From: Candidatus Atelocyanobacterium thalassa isolate ALOHA
GTDB taxonomy: Bacteria; Cyanobacteriota; Cyanobacteriia; Cyanobacteriales; Microcystaceae
Direction of reading: 5' to 3'
Assembly (NCBI RefSeq): GCF_000025125.1
Contig: NC_013771.1
Location: 120,001 to 152,000 of the forward strand
DNA: 32,000 nt
The notes beneath the pieces were generated by a model. That model saw nothing but the letters and a program-made list of their open reading frames with translations, did no database searches and was not told where the DNA came from. Below, piece after piece: positions 8,426 to 17,821 of the stretch. Each line of letters starts with the position of its first letter. Position 1 is the stretch's first letter. The position numbers and the translations under genes were made by a program.

Positions 8426-9406
8426 ATGGATAAGAACAACCTTTTAAGATTCCTTCCTCCTTGCTTCAGCTTAGCAGTCTTTACTTTGTCAATATGGACT
8501 ATACAAAATAACTTTCAACATTATCAAGCTGCAAATTTTTGGGATAGTCTATCTAAAATTCCTTCTTCTAATATTCTTTGGGCTATTGCTTGTATGGGCT
8601 TAAATTATCTTGTTATGACAGGATATGAATGTCTTGCTCTATTTTATGTTCGTCGTATATTACCATATCGAAAAAAAATATTAGTTGGTATTATTTGTTC
8701 TGGAATTAGCAACAGCATAGGGTTTGCCGTATTAAGTAGTTGCATGATTCGCTATAGGTTTTACTCCAATTGGGGATTTTCTATGATTACAATTGCACAA
8801 ATCTCGGCATTTTGCAATTTATCATTTTGTTTGGGACTATTTAGTATTGGTAGTATCCTTTTCCTAAAAGAACCTTTAGCGATTCCTCGTTTATTAGATA
8901 TCCCTTTTATCTCAGTACGTCCTTTAGGAATAATTTTTTTAATTATAATTCTTGCTTATTTATTTTTTACGGTAGTTCGTCAAAAACCTCTAATTATTGG
9001 AAAATGGGTTATTCCTAATCTTTCTCCTCAATTAGCTATTGGTCAATTAATTGTTTCCAGCTTAGACTGGTCTCTTGCAGCAATGGTCTTTTATATACTT
9101 TTAAAGACTTCAGTATCTTTATCCTATCCTACTTTTTTCGGAATTTTTATATTAGCTCAAGTAGCAGGACTAGCTAGTAATGTTCCAGGAGGATTAGGAG
9201 TTTTTGAAACAGTCATGATTTTGTTACTTGCCCCATTTATTGAATCAGAAGAATTGTTAGGCACTCTATTAATTTATCGTGGAATCTATTATTTTATTCC
9301 TTTAGGAATAGCTATTTTACTTTTAGGTAAATACGAGTTAAGCAATCTTTTTAATAACAAAAAGAATAGTATTCCTACTTCTTTTGTTAATAATATAAAA
9401 AGATAA
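8426..9406 (+). CDS. UPF0104 / lysylphosphatidylglycerol-synthase-TM-region-like (flippase-like) integral membrane protein
   Basis: 326 aa and polytopic. The family-typical motif is NVPGGLGVFETVMILLL, and no C-terminal synthase domain is present. Confidence 0.65.
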   Translation: MDKNNLLRFLPPCFSLAVFTLSIWTIQNNFQHYQAANFWDSLSKIPSSNILWAIACMGLNYLVMTGYECLALFYVRRILPYRKKILVGIICSGISNSIGFAVLSSCMIRYRFYSNWGFSMITIAQISAFCNLSFCLGLFSIGSILFLKEPLAIPRLLDIPFISVRPLGIIFLIIILAYLFFTVVRQKPLIIGKWVIPNLSPQLAIGQLIVSSLDWSLAAMVFYILLKTSVSLSYPTFFGIFILAQVAGLASNVPGGLGVFETVMILLLAPFIESEELLGTLLIYRGIYYFIPLGIAILLLGKYELSNLFNNKKNSIPTSFVNNIKR

Positions 9407-9603
9407 ACTATAGTTTCTTCAATTATTCACCAATAAAATTACTAAAGAGTTCCGTATTGATAATATATTTTATTTAAATACTAAATCTGCGTTACTAAAA
9501 ATCTAATTTTATTAATCAAACAGATTTTAAAACTTTTGTTACTATCTTTAAAGTTTTAAATATTTACAACTTATCTTTTTGATTATAGTCACTAAATAGT
9601 ATG

Positions 9604-10917
9604 TTAGTTTAACTTTAAGCTATATATAATCATATTTTCATTGGCTTCATTTAAGATATTTTGTATTATTTCACTTAAACCTAAAATTCTCCAGCTACAG
9701 CCTTCCACTAAATAATTTTGAACAGCTTTACTTATTTTGTAAGTGCTATGAGCAGCAATTCCACCTTGTAAAATAGCAGTACCTGAGTAAAACTCTATAG
9801 ATGTTGAACTATCTAGTATGTTGTTAAATGTTATTGCTGTTTTACTTATATTTAATAATAAGTGAGTAAGGATTTCGGTAAGAAGTAGTTTACCAGAACT
9901 AAAAAAGAGCTGTAACCATAATCTATCTATGTTGTGATTTGTAATAGGTAATGCGTATAAATTAAACAACTTCCTAACTAAAACTAAATCAATCAATAAT
10001 CCTCCACAAATATCTAAAATAGCAATAGGGTTAAGAGAAACTATCAAAGATTTATACTTCACATATTTATCAATAATATGTTCACTATCTTTTTCGAATA
10101 TTTGAATTGTTTTGAGAGCAATCTTTTCCTCAGCTTTTTTTGCTTGCAATAAAACATTAATACATAAAAGATAACGTCCTTCTTTATTTAAAACACTTAA
10201 TAATTTATGTCTTAAACTTTCTATCTGAGGAGATTGAACTTCTAATTCTTCTCTGATTTGCCCATCAAAACTTCTGACTTTTACAGGTATAGATCTAGGA
10301 GAAGCAGCCACTAATAATATATCTTGAATATTAATTAATAGTGCTTCTTCATTTTTAATATTCTTACTAAATTCTTGTAAATGTTTATAAATATCAAGAC
10401 AAGTTTTCTTTGGATATAAGTCAATTTTATTAAAAACTAAAATAATAGGTTTTAATAGTTTCTTTAAATATATCAAAGCTTTATATTCAACTTCGATAAT
10501 ATCTTCAGAAATTACAAATAAAATTAAGTCTGATTCTTCTGCAACTTCTTGGGACATTATTGATTTTTGAATTCCGTCGATTTCGTCTAATCCTGGAGTA
10601 TCAATAAATTCTAATATAACTTTAGTATCACTAGGAAACCAACGGAAAGATTTTGGCCACTTTGTGGTTCCATTGATTGGTTCACTATTAAAAATATTTT
10701 GACCAACTAATGCATTTACAATAGCAGACTTACCTCTACTAACTAACCCGAAGATAGCAATTTTAATGACATTATTATTAACTCTTTCTAGTCCTAGTTC
10801 AATTACTTGTAGCTCTTTTTTAATGGATGCTTTCAACTCTAGATTATTGGTATACCGAGATAAGCAATCTTGGAGACTAGCATAAGTTTTTTGTATATAA
10901 AAATCTTGTTGATCCAA
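9604..10917 (-). CDS. Membrane-associated GTP-binding protein: an N-terminal small-GTPase domain plus a hydrophobic C-terminal DUF697-like region
   Basis: 437 aa. GTPase motifs are G1 GLVSRGKS, G3 DTPGLDE and G4 NKID. The only plausible start is TTG at 10917, 6 nt after the lpxB stop. There is no in-frame ATG in the N-terminal 100+ codons. Confidence 0.7.
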   Translation of the reverse strand: MDQQDFYIQKTYASLQDCLSRYTNNLELKASIKKELQVIELGLERVNNNVIKIAIFGLVSRGKSAIVNALVGQNIFNSEPINGTTKWPKSFRWFPSDTKVILEFIDTPGLDEIDGIQKSIMSQEVAEESDLILFVISEDIIEVEYKALIYLKKLLKPIILVFNKIDLYPKKTCLDIYKHLQEFSKNIKNEEALLINIQDILLVAASPRSIPVKVRSFDGQIREELEVQSPQIESLRHKLLSVLNKEGRYLLCINVLLQAKKAEEKIALKTIQIFEKDSEHIIDKYVKYKSLIVSLNPIAILDICGGLLIDLVLVRKLFNLYALPITNHNIDRLWLQLFFSSGKLLLTEILTHLLLNISKTAITFNNILDSSTSIEFYSGTAILQGGIAAHSTYKISKAVQNYLVEGCSWRILGLSEIIQNILNEANENMIIYSLKLN

Positions 10918-10923
10918 AATTAA

Positions 10924-12090
10924 TTACTCTAAAGTATTTTTATAATGTAAAATCTCGTTAGCTACACGATCACAAACCCCTGTTTCCCCTAGAAGAAGTC
11001 GCATCTCTTTATAATTTGATAATGTTTTTTGGCGACATTCGTTATTTAATAATAATTCTAAAGACTTTTCAACAATACATTCTACAGTAGCGTCTTCTTG
11101 TAATAATTCGGGCACTATCTCTTTCATCATTATCAAATTTGGGGGTGACATAAAAGGGATAGAAAATTTAAGAATATTTCTAGCAATCCACATAGTTAGA
11201 GGATTGACCAAACATAACACTAACTGGGGAACATTTAACAATGCTAATTCTAGATTAACAGTTCCTGATTTTGCAATTGCAAAATCGGCTGCAGCCATGG
11301 CTTCTATTCCACGACCGTCCAACAAAGTAATTGATAAATCATATTTTTCAACTATTTTTTCAATAGTACCGTAATATTCTTTTAAAGAAACAGGTAATAA
11401 AAAATGAAGTTCTGGAATTTTTGTTTGTAATTGTTTAGCAGCTTTACAAATTAAAGGTAAATGATATTTTAACTCTTGATATCTAGAAGCTGGAAACAAC
11501 GCAATAACAGGTTTATCAACTTCTAAACCCAAAGATTGACGTGCCACTTCTTTTGTTGAAGCTTTTTCTATTCTATCTAATAAGGGATGGCCTACCCATT
11601 TTACATTGACACCTTTTTGTTCAAAAAATCTAGCTTCTTCTGGAAAAATTGCTAAAAGAAGATCAGTTATTTCAGCAAATTGTTCAATTGTTTTATTATT
11701 AGGAGACCAGACCCAAGACTGAGGTGCAATATAGTAAATAATAGGTACTTGGGGTAAATTTTTTCTAACATACTTGCCAAGAGAAACATTCGGACCCATA
11801 TAGTCTAATAAAACTAAAAGATCTGGAGGGTTATCTCTTAAGTAAGCTTTTACCCTATTTTGCATCCGCCAAGTTGGGATTATAAAAGGTAATGCTTCTA
11901 TAATCCCAATAGAACCTATAGCTGCTGTATTGCCGAGCAAATCAGCACCAGCAGAGATCATAGCATCACCTCCTAATGCCATAATTTCTATAGGAATATT
12001 CTGAAGTTTCGCTTGACGATAAAGAGCCTCAACTAACAGTGAGCCCTGTAAATCACCCGAGACTTCACCTGTACTAACAAAAATTTTCAT
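10924..12090 (-). CDS. lpxB: Lipid-A-disaccharide synthase LpxB
   Basis: 388 aa. The GT19-type N-terminus is MKIFVSTGEVSGDLQGSLL and the protein is LpxB-like across its full length. It lies directly downstream of lpxA. Confidence 0.9.
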   Translation of the reverse strand: MKIFVSTGEVSGDLQGSLLVEALYRQAKLQNIPIEIMALGGDAMISAGADLLGNTAAIGSIGIIEALPFIIPTWRMQNRVKAYLRDNPPDLLVLLDYMGPNVSLGKYVRKNLPQVPIIYYIAPQSWVWSPNNKTIEQFAEITDLLLAIFPEEARFFEQKGVNVKWVGHPLLDRIEKASTKEVARQSLGLEVDKPVIALFPASRYQELKYHLPLICKAAKQLQTKIPELHFLLPVSLKEYYGTIEKIVEKYDLSITLLDGRGIEAMAAADFAIAKSGTVNLELALLNVPQLVLCLVNPLTMWIARNILKFSIPFMSPPNLIMMKEIVPELLQEDATVECIVEKSLELLLNNECRQKTLSNYKEMRLLLGETGVCDRVANEILHYKNTLE

Positions 12091-12114
12091 TAATTACTTT
12101 AATCCCTAATTATT

Positions 12115-12912
12115 TTAATGTTTACCTGGAATTAATCCACGTCTTTTTTCTCCTGTAATTGATAATTCCAGAAATTGATGTAGATATTTAGTATATTCAT
12201 TACTTTCAAAAGTCTTTAATTGCTTTAATACCTGTTGTAGAGTTAAACCAGAATGATATAGTAAACGAAATGCTTTTTTGAGATGACGAATGTCTTCGAC
12301 AGTAAGCCCAGAACGCTTTAATCCAATCAAATTAAGCGATCTTACTCTAGAAGGGTTCCCTTCAATCATCATAAATGGAGGTGCATCGCGGTCAATTCTA
12401 CTCATTCCTCCTAACATGGCATTACGACCGATTCTTACGAATTGGTGTATACCTAAGGCACCACCTACAACAGCTCTGGACTCAATATGGACATGGCCTG
12501 CAAGAGATACAGAATTAGCAATAATTATATTATCTTCAAGTAAACAATTATGAGCAACGTGTACGTAAGCCATCAGTAAATTATTGTTACCAATTTTAGT
12601 AACTTCATTAGCGAAAGTCGCACGATTAATTGTGACGAACTCTCGAATTGTATTACCATTACCAATTTCGACGCGACTAGAACAATTTTTATATTTTAAA
12701 TCTTGCGGAGCCGCTCCGATAACTGCACTAGGGAATATATAGTTATTCATTCCAATTTCTGTTGGACCTTCAATAACTGCATGAGAGCCAATAATCGTTT
12801 GTGCACCTACTTTAACCTGATCACCAATGACAGCATAAGGTCCTACTTCAGTAGTAGGGTGTAGTTGCGCATTCTTATGAATGATAGCTGTAGGATGAAT
12901 TAGCGTATTCAA
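12115..12912 (-). CDS. lpxA: Acyl-ACP--UDP-N-acetylglucosamine O-acyltransferase LpxA
   Basis: 265 aa with left-handed beta-helix hexapeptide repeats. The N-terminus NTLIHPTAIIHKNAQLHP is typical of LpxA. The start is TTG, with AAGGGAGA upstream. Confidence 0.92.
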   Translation of the reverse strand: MNTLIHPTAIIHKNAQLHPTTEVGPYAVIGDQVKVGAQTIIGSHAVIEGPTEIGMNNYIFPSAVIGAAPQDLKYKNCSSRVEIGNGNTIREFVTINRATFANEVTKIGNNNLLMAYVHVAHNCLLEDNIIIANSVSLAGHVHIESRAVVGGALGIHQFVRIGRNAMLGGMSRIDRDAPPFMMIEGNPSRVRSLNLIGLKRSGLTVEDIRHLKKAFRLLYHSGLTLQQVLKQLKTFESNEYTKYLHQFLELSITGEKRRGLIPGKH

Positions 12913-13119
12913 CAGGTTATCTCCCTTTAAATAGATTCATTATTGAATTTAGTTATAAAGTACACAATAAAAGTTTTCAAGGGAACAGGAAAAGAAGAAT
13001 TGAGGACATTATAAATGTGACGCAAAATCTTAATTTTGGATTCTAAATTAATAAGTTTTCTAGCTATAAATCAATGGAAAACAAAATAATTAATCAATAA
13101 AAATTTTTAAAGATAATTT

Positions 13120-14499
13120 ATGAAATTTATTTGGGGTTTGATTACTTTTTCTTCTTTTTCTCCAGAAATATGGTTAAAAGCCAGCTTTTATTATCGTATT
13201 GTTGGTTTATTTCGAAATTGGCGACAATCTAGTTTTCTATTGCGATGGGGAAAGACTATTGGTGCTTTGCTAATTAGTCTTATATTGATGTTTAGCCCAT
13301 TTGTTACAACGGGAGTTATTGGTATATGGCTTATCTCGATTGCCATGTATTGGATAATATTAATTGTTTCTGAACGTGAACAACCAGTTTTCAACTCCAT
13401 ACATTTATTAGTCTTTTTGTATTGGGTTATTTCAGCGATCGCAGTTATTTTTTCTCCTGTTAGAGATGCAGCTTTTTCGGGATTTATAAAACTAACGCTA
13501 TATTTGATTTTTTTTGCTTGTACATCTCATATTCTACGCTCACCTATCCTAACCAATTGGTTGATTTTATCTACTTTAGGATCCGGACTATTGGTAGGTA
13601 TTTATGGAGTAAGACAGAGACTTTTCGGAGTAGAACAATTAGCGACATGGAACGATCCAACTGCTTATTTTTCTAATTCAATTAGAGTTTATAGTTATTT
13701 AGGTAATCCTAATTTATTATCCGCATATATCTTGCCTTCAATTGCTTTAAGCATGGCTGCTTTTTTTGTTTGGCAAAAAACATTACCTAAATTATTAGCA
13801 TTAACTATTCTTCTAATCAATACTTTTTGTCTTTACTTTACAGGCAGTCGTAGTGGTTGGATAGCGCTTATAATCTGCTTGGTAATATTTTCATTATTAC
13901 TTTTTACATGGTTTAAAGATGAACTTCCTCTATTTTGGCGGCAGTGGCTTTTACCCATAACATTTGGAACATTAATAAGTTTTATTTTCGTTCTTATTGC
14001 CTCTAATGATATTTTACAATCAAGAATTATGAGTATTTTTATTGGAAGAGCCGATAGTAGTAATAACTTTCGTATCAACGTATGGACATCAGTAGTAAAT
14101 ATGATAAAAGATTATCCTTTTCTAGGCATTGGCCCAGGAAATGATGCATTTAGTAAAATATATCCACTTTATATGAGCCCAAAATATAGTGCTTTAAGTG
14201 CATACTCCGTTTTTTTAGAGACAGCAGTAGAGATGGGATTAGTGGGATTAAGTATTTTTATTTGGCTTATTTTTACAATAATTAATCAAGGAATACAAAA
14301 AATTAACAAACTTAAAAATGATAAAAACTCTCACGGAATATGGATTATTGCTGCAGTTGCTGCAATAGTTGGTTTATTGATGCAAGGTTTATTTGATACT
14401 GTTTGGTATCGTCCACAAGTAAATACTCTATGGTGGTTTTTAGTCGCTCTGATTGCTAGTCAACATAAGTCAAAGGAGAAAATTAATATACATAGTTAA
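13120..14499 (+). CDS. ictB: IctB-family putative bicarbonate transporter / O-antigen-ligase (Wzy_C) domain membrane protein
   Basis: 459 aa and polytopic. From memory, the N-terminal RNWRQSSFLLRWGKTIGALL resembles Synechococcus IctB (RAWRASSQLLVWSEALGG). Confidence 0.75.
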   Translation: MKFIWGLITFSSFSPEIWLKASFYYRIVGLFRNWRQSSFLLRWGKTIGALLISLILMFSPFVTTGVIGIWLISIAMYWIILIVSEREQPVFNSIHLLVFLYWVISAIAVIFSPVRDAAFSGFIKLTLYLIFFACTSHILRSPILTNWLILSTLGSGLLVGIYGVRQRLFGVEQLATWNDPTAYFSNSIRVYSYLGNPNLLSAYILPSIALSMAAFFVWQKTLPKLLALTILLINTFCLYFTGSRSGWIALIICLVIFSLLLFTWFKDELPLFWRQWLLPITFGTLISFIFVLIASNDILQSRIMSIFIGRADSSNNFRINVWTSVVNMIKDYPFLGIGPGNDAFSKIYPLYMSPKYSALSAYSVFLETAVEMGLVGLSIFIWLIFTIINQGIQKINKLKNDKNSHGIWIIAAVAAIVGLLMQGLFDTVWYRPQVNTLWWFLVALIASQHKSKEKINIHS

Positions 14500-14510
14500 T
14501 AAAATTTTTT

Positions 14511-15149
14511 CTAACTGTTCATATTGACTTGTTCTAACTTTCCTTTATTAATTTTCCAACATTTATCAGCTATTGTTAATAACTCAGAAGGATCATGAGA
14601 AACAATTATTAAAGTCCAATGTCGTTTTAATTTAGATACTAAATTAATTAACTGTTTACGCATTGACCAATCTAAACCTGCTGTTGGTTCGTCCAATAAT
14701 AATAAGTTAGGTTGACGAATTAGTTGAACTGCTAGAGCTAATCTTCTTTGCTGTCCACCACTAATATTGTGCGGAGAAGTGCTTAAGACGATATCCTGTA
14801 GACCTACTTCTTCTAAAGCAATTTCAATTTCCTCTCTAGTAATTTTTAAGTGACCTAATCTTAGTTCTTCTAAGATATTACTGCTGCAAAAATGGCGTTC
14901 AGGAAATTGAAAAACTAATCCTGATATTTGTTGTAACTCTGAATTAGTGATTTCTTGACCACTCCAAAAAATTTTTCCTTGGGTTTGCTCTACTAATCCT
15001 GCAAGAATTTCTAGCAATGTTGTTTTTCCGGAACCACTAGGACCAACAATAACACCTAATTGATTAAATCCTAATTCTAATGCAATAGATTTTAAAATAG
15101 GTTCAGCGGAGGCAGGAGGATGATATACGATGTCTTTAAGGTTAAGCAT
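14511..15149 (-). CDS. ABC transporter ATP-binding protein (ECF/CbiO-like) with no adjacent permease gene
   Basis: Motifs present: Walker A GPSGSGKTT, signature ISGGQQRR, Walker B LLLLDEPTAGLD and H-loop VSHD. I prefer the ATG at 15149 (MLNLKDIVYH) to the track's TTG at 15170. Confidence 0.85.
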   Translation of the reverse strand: MLNLKDIVYHPPASAEPILKSIALELGFNQLGVIVGPSGSGKTTLLEILAGLVEQTQGKIFWSGQEITNSELQQISGLVFQFPERHFCSSNILEELRLGHLKITREEIEIALEEVGLQDIVLSTSPHNISGGQQRRLALAVQLIRQPNLLLLDEPTAGLDWSMRKQLINLVSKLKRHWTLIIVSHDPSELLTIADKCWKINKGKLEQVNMNS

Positions 15150-15291
15150 TAATGTGTATTCTAATAACAATTAGTTGTAAAAAGTAATTGCATATTTATT
15201 ATGTCTAAAACAATAGTTCAAGAAGATTGTACGCGAATTTAAGCTTGTAGAAAAATAAAACTAGTTTTCAGTATTCTCAACTAATGTTAAT

Positions 15292-15327
15292 ATAATTAGT
15301 CTGAGTTATATAATTAATCTGAGTTAT
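15292..15327. repeat. Tandem direct repeat of 2 x 18 nt with one mismatch; each unit is overlapped at its 5' end by a TATAAT hexamer
   Basis: The units are ATAATTAGTCTGAGTTAT (15292-15309) and ATAATTAATCTGAGTTAT (15310-15327). TATAAT lies at 15291-15296 and 15309-15314, each starting 1 nt before its unit. The repeat ends 13 nt before the ATG at 15341. Confidence 0.85.
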
Positions 15328-15340
15328 TAAATTAAACTTA

Positions 15341-15586
15341 ATGTCTAAAGAAAGCTTTTTTGAAAGTCCAGCTATTAGCCAAGAAGCTCGATATGAGCCA
15401 GCCACCGTTATTCCCATTAAAAGAGACTCTTCTATTATTAATTGGTTAGAAGCAACAAATCGTTTAATCTACCGTGAGCAAGAAGAAATTAAGACGACTT
15501 CTGAAGAAGATGCAGAAATTTCTGATTTAATAGATGTCGATGAAAATTACGATGATGAGGATTTGAATTTGAACAGCAATGACTAG
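15341..15586 (+). CDS. Small, highly acidic conserved-hypothetical protein; possibly the cyanobacterial/plant DUF3134 family (family assignment from memory, low confidence)
   Basis: 81 aa. The N-terminal EARYEPATVIPIKRDSSIINWLEATNRLI is followed by a D/E-rich tail (EEDAEISDLIDVDENYDDEDLNL). Confidence 0.55.
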   Translation: MSKESFFESPAISQEARYEPATVIPIKRDSSIINWLEATNRLIYREQEEIKTTSEEDAEISDLIDVDENYDDEDLNLNSND

Positions 15587-15679
15587 TATATAAGAGCTAA
15601 GTTGCTAAAATAGATAGGGAATTGCTTTTCCTGATCTTACACAATCTATTTTTAAGTTTAAAATATCAAATCTTTAGCT

Positions 15680-16789
15680 GTGAATAAAATATTCTCCTTT
15701 TCAATACTTATAAAAAAAATATTAGCAAATAATCTATTGATTTTGCTTATTTTGATAAATGTTCTTTTGGTTGGAAGTTTTGTCATATTAGATAATAAGA
15801 ATATAAATTTTCATCATATCTTGACATTTCCATTAGGGCTTTCTCTGCTTATAAGTAGTCTTTTAGGTTATATTGCAGTTCCACTACTAAAAAGGTTAAA
15901 AATAGAGCAAGTCATACAAGAAGATGGTGTTAAAAAACATCTAAGTAAGGCAGGTACTCCAACAATGGGCGGAATATTTTTTATTCCAATCGCTATTTTA
16001 GTAACTTTAGTATGGTCTAACTTCTCTCTTATAACAATTACCATATCTCTTCTAACTCTAGCCTATATGTCTATTGGGTGGATTGATGATTGGTATATTT
16101 TAAGACGACAATCAAATTTAGGACTTTCTCCTCGTACAAAATTATTTTTGCAAATAACAGTAGCTATTGTTTTTTGTATATGGATAAAATCAACTCAAAT
16201 AATAACAATGAACGAAATTATATTGCCTGGTAATATAATTTTAGAAGCAGGAATATTATTTTGGTTCTTATCCGTTTTTGTATTAGTTTCAGAAAGCAAT
16301 GCAATTAACCTTACAGACGGAATTGATGGCTTAGCCGGAGGAACAGGAGCATTAACTTTTTTAGGACTAGGAATTATTATTTTAGACACTTCATCTGATC
16401 TCAGTATCTTTTGTGCTTGTATCGCTGGAAGTTGTTTAGGTTTTTTACTTCACAATAGCAATCCTGCTAAGGTATTTATGGGAGATACCGGCTCTCTAGC
16501 TTTGGGAGGAGCCCTTGCTGGAGTAGGAATTTTAAGTGGTCATTTTTGGGAGCTTTTTATCCTCAGTGGAATTTTTTTTATAGAATCTTTGTCTGTAATT
16601 ATTCAAGTTACTTATTATAAGATGACCAAAGATAGTCAAGGGAAAGGAAAAAGACTTCTAATGATGGCACCTTTGCATCACCATCTAGAATTAGTAGGTT
16701 GGCCCGAAGGTAAGATCGTCAGAATATCATATCTAATTAATACAAGCTTAATTTTTTTAGTTGCAGTTTTATATAAATATTTTTTATAA
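15680..16789 (+). CDS. mraY: Phospho-N-acetylmuramoyl-pentapeptide transferase MraY
   Basis: 369 aa. Motifs present: GTPTMGG, GWIDDW, NAINLTDGIDGLAGG, GDTGSLALGG and APLHHHLE. The start is GTG. Confidence 0.93.
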   Translation: MNKIFSFSILIKKILANNLLILLILINVLLVGSFVILDNKNINFHHILTFPLGLSLLISSLLGYIAVPLLKRLKIEQVIQEDGVKKHLSKAGTPTMGGIFFIPIAILVTLVWSNFSLITITISLLTLAYMSIGWIDDWYILRRQSNLGLSPRTKLFLQITVAIVFCIWIKSTQIITMNEIILPGNIILEAGILFWFLSVFVLVSESNAINLTDGIDGLAGGTGALTFLGLGIIILDTSSDLSIFCACIAGSCLGFLLHNSNPAKVFMGDTGSLALGGALAGVGILSGHFWELFILSGIFFIESLSVIIQVTYYKMTKDSQGKGKRLLMMAPLHHHLELVGWPEGKIVRISYLINTSLIFLVAVLYKYFL

Positions 16790-16821
16790 GTCATTAATAT
16801 ATGATGGCACATCAGCATATA

Positions 16822-17616
16822 CTATAAATATTGTGAACATATTGCTTCAACTTGATTTGAGAAATAATTCTGACTACCATAATCAGATCGTAACCATAGC
16901 AAATACTCAGTATTACCTGCAGGACCCTTAATAGGAGAATGAGTTAATCCGCAATATAACCATCCTAAACCATAAGAAACTTCTATTATTTTACAAATTG
17001 CTTCGCAGTGATCTTTTAAATCACGAACAACTCCGTTTTTTCCTATCTTAGATTTACCAACTTCAAATTGTGGTTTAACAAGCAATATAACCTCTTTTGG
17101 ACTAGTCAAAAGTCTTGACAAAGGTTCTAAAATTTTAGTTAACGAAATAAAAGAAACATCTACAACTCCTAAGTTAGCTTGGATATTTTTTTCGTATAAA
17201 ATATCAGGAGTAAGATAACGAATATTTGTTCTTTCCTTTAAGAATATTCTTTTATTTTGTCTTAATGACCAAGCAACTTGTCCGTATCCTACATCTATTC
17301 CATATACTAAACGAGCCCCTGACTGTAACAAACAATCACTAAAGCCTCCTGTTGAAATACCCCCATCAAGACATATCCTATCCACTACAGAAACCTGAAA
17401 AGTTTTAAGAGCTTTTTCAAGTTTTTTCCCTCCGCGCGAAACATATGGAGGTTTAATCTTTACCTCAATTTCAGCTTTTATATTAATTTCTGTCCCAGGT
17501 TTGTCAATAATTCTTTGATTAATTTTAACTTCTCCAGCACGAATGCATCTTTGTGCTTGCTGACGAGAAGTGTATAAGTTTTTCTCTACTAGAAGAATAT
17601 CAAGTCGTTTTTTCAA
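16822..17616 (-). CDS. tlyA: TlyA-family rRNA (cytidine-2'-O)-methyltransferase (S4 domain plus FtsJ-like methyltransferase)
   Basis: 264 aa. The N-terminus KKRLDILLVEKNLYTSRQQAQRCIRAG is S4-like, and the SAM motif is LDGGISTGGFSD. The start is TTG. Confidence 0.85.
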   Translation of the reverse strand: MKKRLDILLVEKNLYTSRQQAQRCIRAGEVKINQRIIDKPGTEINIKAEIEVKIKPPYVSRGGKKLEKALKTFQVSVVDRICLDGGISTGGFSDCLLQSGARLVYGIDVGYGQVAWSLRQNKRIFLKERTNIRYLTPDILYEKNIQANLGVVDVSFISLTKILEPLSRLLTSPKEVILLVKPQFEVGKSKIGKNGVVRDLKDHCEAICKIIEVSYGLGWLYCGLTHSPIKGPAGNTEYLLWLRSDYGSQNYFSNQVEAICSQYL

Positions 17617-17821
17617 GATATATGATTATAAGCTTAGCTATCTAATTGTAAAAAGAAAATATTATTTAGACAAATATTAGTTTCAAAGTTTTTCTAATTC
17701 TTTTGATATGATTCATGTAAAAATCAATAAATTAATGATTAAGACAGTTGTTATATAATATAAGTAAGAACAAAATAATTAAAAATATAATTTACATTTA
17801 ATTAACCTAATTAATTTAAAT

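Noticed and set aside
13435-13442. A HIP1 octamer GCGATCGC inside ictB
   Set aside because: I noticed only one copy in the window. It is useful as a weak cyanobacterial signature but does not amount to a repeat family or a feature here.
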